A program made the translations under genes and the position numbers. From assembly GCA_977017575.1 (NCBI GenBank), contig CDRNVI010000221.1, positions 1-23,539 on the forward strand: a stretch of 23,539 nucleotides of DNA. The letters run 5' to 3'. The notes under the pieces are model-generated. The model was not told where the DNA came from. It did no database searches and saw only the letters and a program-made list of their open reading frames with translations. This document shows, piece by piece, positions 20,017-23,539 of this stretch. The DNA is from Paramoeba atlantica (lineage: Eukaryota; Protista; Discosea). Position 1 is the stretch's first letter; every line of letters begins with the position of its first letter.

Positions 20017-20091
20017 CTTCTCTCCCGATACATTGTTAGCGTGAACGCGATTATCGCCAGTTATATGACTGACGTCCACTATCAGCAAAAC

Positions 20092-20283
20092 TGTGGATAA
20101 CTTTGTGGTTAATTTTGTTGGTAATACCGTACTGGTTGACAAATAAAATGGGTTACATTAACGGCGTTGATTAATTGCCCAAAAACTAGCCGAAATACAA
20201 TGCATTAGCGGTACTAAATGCTTGATGAGTGGCTGAATAACTGATCCACACACCAGACAATCACTGACAACGGCTGTGGATAA
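20092..20283. promoter_or_regulatory. DnaA-box cluster with IHF-like site; candidate oriC or datA/DARS-like locus
   Basis: TGTGGATAA 20092 and 20275 (perfect); TGTGGTTAA 20104; TGTTGGTAA 20116; TGATCCACA 20242; IHF-like TAAATGCTTGATG 20215-20227. Confidence 0.6.
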
Positions 20284-20328
20284 ATGCAGTCACTAATATA
20301 AAAATACGCGTGTTTTAGATGCTATTGA

Positions 20329-20892
20329 TTAAAGCCAGTCATCAACAAAGGCTGCCAGATCAGCATATACTAATGCTTGTTTTACTAGCGGATCATCTGC
20401 ATGTTGAGCAAGTGTTTGTGCCCCATTTCCTGTTTTAACCAATACCCACTGTTGGCAGCCAGCAGCGTGTGCTGCTTGCAAGTCACGCAAGGAGTCGCCA
20501 ACCATGATGATGTCAGTTGGTTGGCAGCCAGATTGTTTCATTACGTGTTGTAATAACCCGGGCTTGGGTTTACGACAATCACAGTTATCCCTTGGGGTAT
20601 GCGGACAATAAACAATGCCGTCAATGTGGCCTTTTGCAGCGGTGATTGCGAGTTGCATTTTTTGATGGATAGAATGTAACGTTGCTACATCAAATAAACC
20701 ACGACCAACTCCAGATTGATTCGTTACAATAAATACACGGTAACCGGCTTGGTGTAATCGTGCAATTGCTGCCAAACTGCCTGGAATGGGTTGCCATTCA
20801 TCAGGTGATTTAATGTAATTATCAGCATCGTGATTGATCACACCATCGCGATCCAATGCAATAACAGGATGTTTTAGTGTTGTTTGTTGCAT
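20329..20892 (-). CDS. gmhB: D-glycero-D-manno-heptose 1,7-bisphosphate phosphatase (HAD)
   Basis: LDRDGVIN, VTNQSG, CPH...CDCRKPKPG, VGDSLRD; usual position next to glyS. Confidence 0.94.
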   Translation of the reverse strand: MQQTTLKHPVIALDRDGVINHDADNYIKSPDEWQPIPGSLAAIARLHQAGYRVFIVTNQSGVGRGLFDVATLHSIHQKMQLAITAAKGHIDGIVYCPHTPRDNCDCRKPKPGLLQHVMKQSGCQPTDIIMVGDSLRDLQAAHAAGCQQWVLVKTGNGAQTLAQHADDPLVKQALVYADLAAFVDDWL

Positions 20893-20929
20893 GTGTGATA
20901 ACCTTCCCTTCGCTTACTGCTGCGCCGGG

Positions 20930-23008
20930 TTATTGTAATAGCGAAATATCTGCCACATTTAAGAATAAATCTCGTAATTGAGTTAATAACGCCAATCGAT
21001 TGTGTTTTTGTTTAGGATCGTCGGCCATGACTAACACGCTATCGAAAAAATCATCTACCGGTTGTTGTAAGTTTGCTAACAAAGACAACACATCAGCATA
21101 CTGTTTTTGTTGTAATAAAGGGGTAATTTGTCTTTGTTTTTCACTAATGTGCTGCGCCAATTGTTTTTCTGCTGGTTCGCTTAGTACATTAAGATCTAAT
21201 GTTGTTGGCTCTTCACTGCCAGATTTTTTCAATAAATTACTCACGCGTTTATTTGCCGCAGCTAGTGCTGCTGCTTGTGGTAATTGACGAAAGTGATCAA
21301 CTGCGTGTAACCGTTGCCACGTATCGGTTGGGTTGGTCGATGCGCGCGCTAATACGGCAGCAAACACATCAGCCTTACCGCCTTGTTCAAGATACCAAGT
21401 ACGCAATCGTTCTGATAAAAATTGAATGATATCGTCAACAGTTGATTGATTAGATAACGGTGTTTGATATTGTTCTAATGCGTACACTAATAACGATTCT
21501 AAGTTGATGTCGTATTGGTTTTCCACGATGATCCGCAACACACCCAAGCCAGCACGGCGCAACCCAAACGGGTCTTTATCGCCAGTTGGCGCTTGATTAA
21601 TGCCAAAATGGCCTACTAATGAATCAATTTTATCAGCAAGCGCAACAATGCAACCGATAGTGGCGTTTGGGATTGCATCATTAGCAAAACGTGGTTGGTA
21701 ATGTTGTTTGATTGCATTAGCAACTTCTGGCGTTTCACCGTCATGTAATGCATAGTAATATCCCATGATCCCTTGTAATGCCGGGAATTCACCAACCATA
21801 TTGGTTTTTAAATCGCATTTGGCTAGTAACCCAGCGCGCTCCGCAGCTTGTGGATCGGCTTTTAATGGTAATGCCAAGTGTTTTGCCAACATACTGATCC
21901 GTTGCACACGGTCACGCAAATTACCTAGTTTTTGTTGATAGATAACATGCGCTAATGTTGCTAAATGACTGGCTAAGCGTTGCTGTTTATCCGTTTCGAA
22001 AAAGAAAGCGGCATCGGCTAAGCGTGCATACATCACCCGTTGATTGCCTAAAATCACTGCCTGTTGATCACGACTGTCGATGTTACAAACCGTAACAAAA
22101 TACGGTAATAATTGATTGAGATCGGTTTTGCTAACAACAGCAAAACATTTTTGATGTGATTGCATCGCACAGATTAATGCTTCTTTGGGTACACTCAAAA
22201 AATGCGGATCAAATTCAATCGATAATGCAACTGGCCATTCGACAATGGCGGCAACTTCATCGAGCAACGCATCATCAATTAACACGTCACCATCGCTTAA
22301 TTTAGCGTTAATTGCTTCGATTTGTTGGCAAATACGCAAACGACGTAGTGCTGGATCAGCGATTACATAGCCGGTTTTTTCAAGGATTGTGGCATATTCA
22401 TCAGCGTGCTTAATCACTAATGCGTGTGGGTGATGAAAACGGTGACCATAGGTTTTATTACCGGTGTTAATGCCTAATATCGTGGTATCGATCACCTGAC
22501 TACCATATAACAAAGTTACCCAATGCACTGGACGTGCGAATTCAGTTGTGTGCGAACCCCAACGCATTGGTTTAGGGATCGGTAATTGGGTGATCGCATG
22601 GTTAATGATGTTAGGTAATACGGTTTCAATCGATTCACCACCGGCTTGATAACGGTGCATTAACCAGGTGCCTTTATCAGTTTTAACGTGTTCAAGTGCA
22701 TCCACTGCAACACCACACGACTTTGCAAACCCTAAACAAGCTGGCGTTGGGTTACCATTATTATCAAATGCACGTTCAAGTGACGGCCCTTTACGTTCCA
22801 TGCGTTGCGTTGGTTGTTTGGCGATGACATCACGCACAATTACCGCTAAACGTCTAGGGGTTGCATAGGTTTGCAACTCACCATGAGTAAACTGTTGTTG
22901 ATCTAAACCAATACCAATCTGTTTTGTGAGAACATTAGCCAATGTTGCCAATGCCTTTGGTGGCAATTCTTCGCAACCAATTTCAAATAAAATATCATCT
23001 TTATTCAT
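20930..23008 (-). CDS. glyS: Glycyl-tRNA synthetase beta subunit
   Basis: FEIGCEELPP, TPRRLAV, PKPMRWG, FARPVHW, MVGEFPALQG, KDPFGLRRA, NRLALL. Confidence 0.97.
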   Translation of the reverse strand: MNKDDILFEIGCEELPPKALATLANVLTKQIGIGLDQQQFTHGELQTYATPRRLAVIVRDVIAKQPTQRMERKGPSLERAFDNNGNPTPACLGFAKSCGVAVDALEHVKTDKGTWLMHRYQAGGESIETVLPNIINHAITQLPIPKPMRWGSHTTEFARPVHWVTLLYGSQVIDTTILGINTGNKTYGHRFHHPHALVIKHADEYATILEKTGYVIADPALRRLRICQQIEAINAKLSDGDVLIDDALLDEVAAIVEWPVALSIEFDPHFLSVPKEALICAMQSHQKCFAVVSKTDLNQLLPYFVTVCNIDSRDQQAVILGNQRVMYARLADAAFFFETDKQQRLASHLATLAHVIYQQKLGNLRDRVQRISMLAKHLALPLKADPQAAERAGLLAKCDLKTNMVGEFPALQGIMGYYYALHDGETPEVANAIKQHYQPRFANDAIPNATIGCIVALADKIDSLVGHFGINQAPTGDKDPFGLRRAGLGVLRIIVENQYDINLESLLVYALEQYQTPLSNQSTVDDIIQFLSERLRTWYLEQGGKADVFAAVLARASTNPTDTWQRLHAVDHFRQLPQAAALAAANKRVSNLLKKSGSEEPTTLDLNVLSEPAEKQLAQHISEKQRQITPLLQQKQYADVLSLLANLQQPVDDFFDSVLVMADDPKQKHNRLALLTQLRDLFLNVADISLLQ

Positions 23009-23021
23009 TGAATTATGCTCG

Positions 23022-23539
23022 TTATAAAATGCCGGTTAAACGAATATCACGTTTAAAATACCCTTGCGACATCGCTTGTTTGGCTTGCAATAATGTTTGT
23101 TCAGCAATTGCATTGGCGTGTGCCGTGCCGTCACGTAATATTGATAACACTTGAGCACGATCATCAGCAAAGTCAGCACGTCGTTGTTGCATTGGTGTTA
23201 ATAAGTCAACTAATACGTCAACTAATGCTTTTTTACAGGCAACATCACCGATGGCACCGGCTTGGTATTGTGTTTTAGCCTGTTTGACCCATTGTTTATC
23301 TGAGTTAAAGGTATCGTGAAAGATCCACAATGGATTGTTTTCAACCGTGCCTGGATCGCTGGCACGTAAGCGTTTTGGATCGGTATACATCTTCATGACT
23401 TTGTCACGGATTACATCGGGTGGATCACTTAAAAAAATCGCATTATTTAACGATTTGCTCATTTTCACTAACTGTCCTTGTGAATTGGGTCCACCGGTAC
23501 CGACTAAACGACGTGTGCGACCTAATTTAGTTTGTGGGA
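23022..23539 (-). CDS. trpS: Tryptophanyl-tRNA synthetase, C-terminal part (5' end beyond window); TrpRS-II-like
   Basis: KMSKS signature; KMYTDP..LRASDPGTVENNP; YQAGAIGDVACKK. Frame open to the window end (PQTKLGRTRRLVGTGG...). Confidence 0.9.
   Translation of the reverse strand, partial: PQTKLGRTRRLVGTGGPNSQGQLVKMSKSLNNAIFLSDPPDVIRDKVMKMYTDPKRLRASDPGTVENNPLWIFHDTFNSDKQWVKQAKTQYQAGAIGDVACKKALVDVLVDLLTPMQQRRADFADDRAQVLSILRDGTAHANAIAEQTLLQAKQAMSQGYFKRDIRLTGIL

Noticed and set aside
20017-20142. 42-aa N-terminal extension of FolA with LPTKLTTKLST repeats
   Set aside because: The repeat is the translated 12-bp DnaA-box array. A good RBS precedes ATG 20016.

Overview
This window joins two genomes. 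Bases 1 to ~8230 are a very AT-rich protist mitochondrial genome, all on the + strand, with TGA read as Trp (the supplied ORF track breaks genes at TGA). Its order is: 3' end of LSU rRNA, trnN, trnS(UGA), SSU rRNA, a possible divergent 5S rRNA, trnS(GCU), trnF, rps11, an unknown ORF, nad9, nad7, rpl11, probable rpl10, rps12, rps7, rpl2 and the start of probable rps19. Three of four tRNAs have acceptor-stem mismatches typical of Acanthamoeba-type 5' tRNA editing, so an amoebozoan host is my best guess. From ~8230 to the end is the origin region of a moderate-GC gammaproteobacterial chromosome: 5'-truncated dnaA, dnaN, recF (two parS sites), an MshA-like pilin, gyrB, an atypical Ser/Thr kinase plus PP2C phosphatase pair, a class II B12-dependent RNR with an ATP-cone, folA, a DnaA-box/IHF cluster (candidate oriC), gmhB, glyS and a type-II-like trpS sitting where glyQ normally lies. 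The junction breaks both flanking genes, and I read it as a library or assembly chimera, possibly of an amoeba and a bacterium living in it, not as a real chromosome. I found no clearly new system. The best leads are the kinase/PP2C module, the displaced oriC candidate, the tRNA-editing signature and the hidden 5S/rpl10 genes. All family calls come from motif recognition by eye; no database searches were run.
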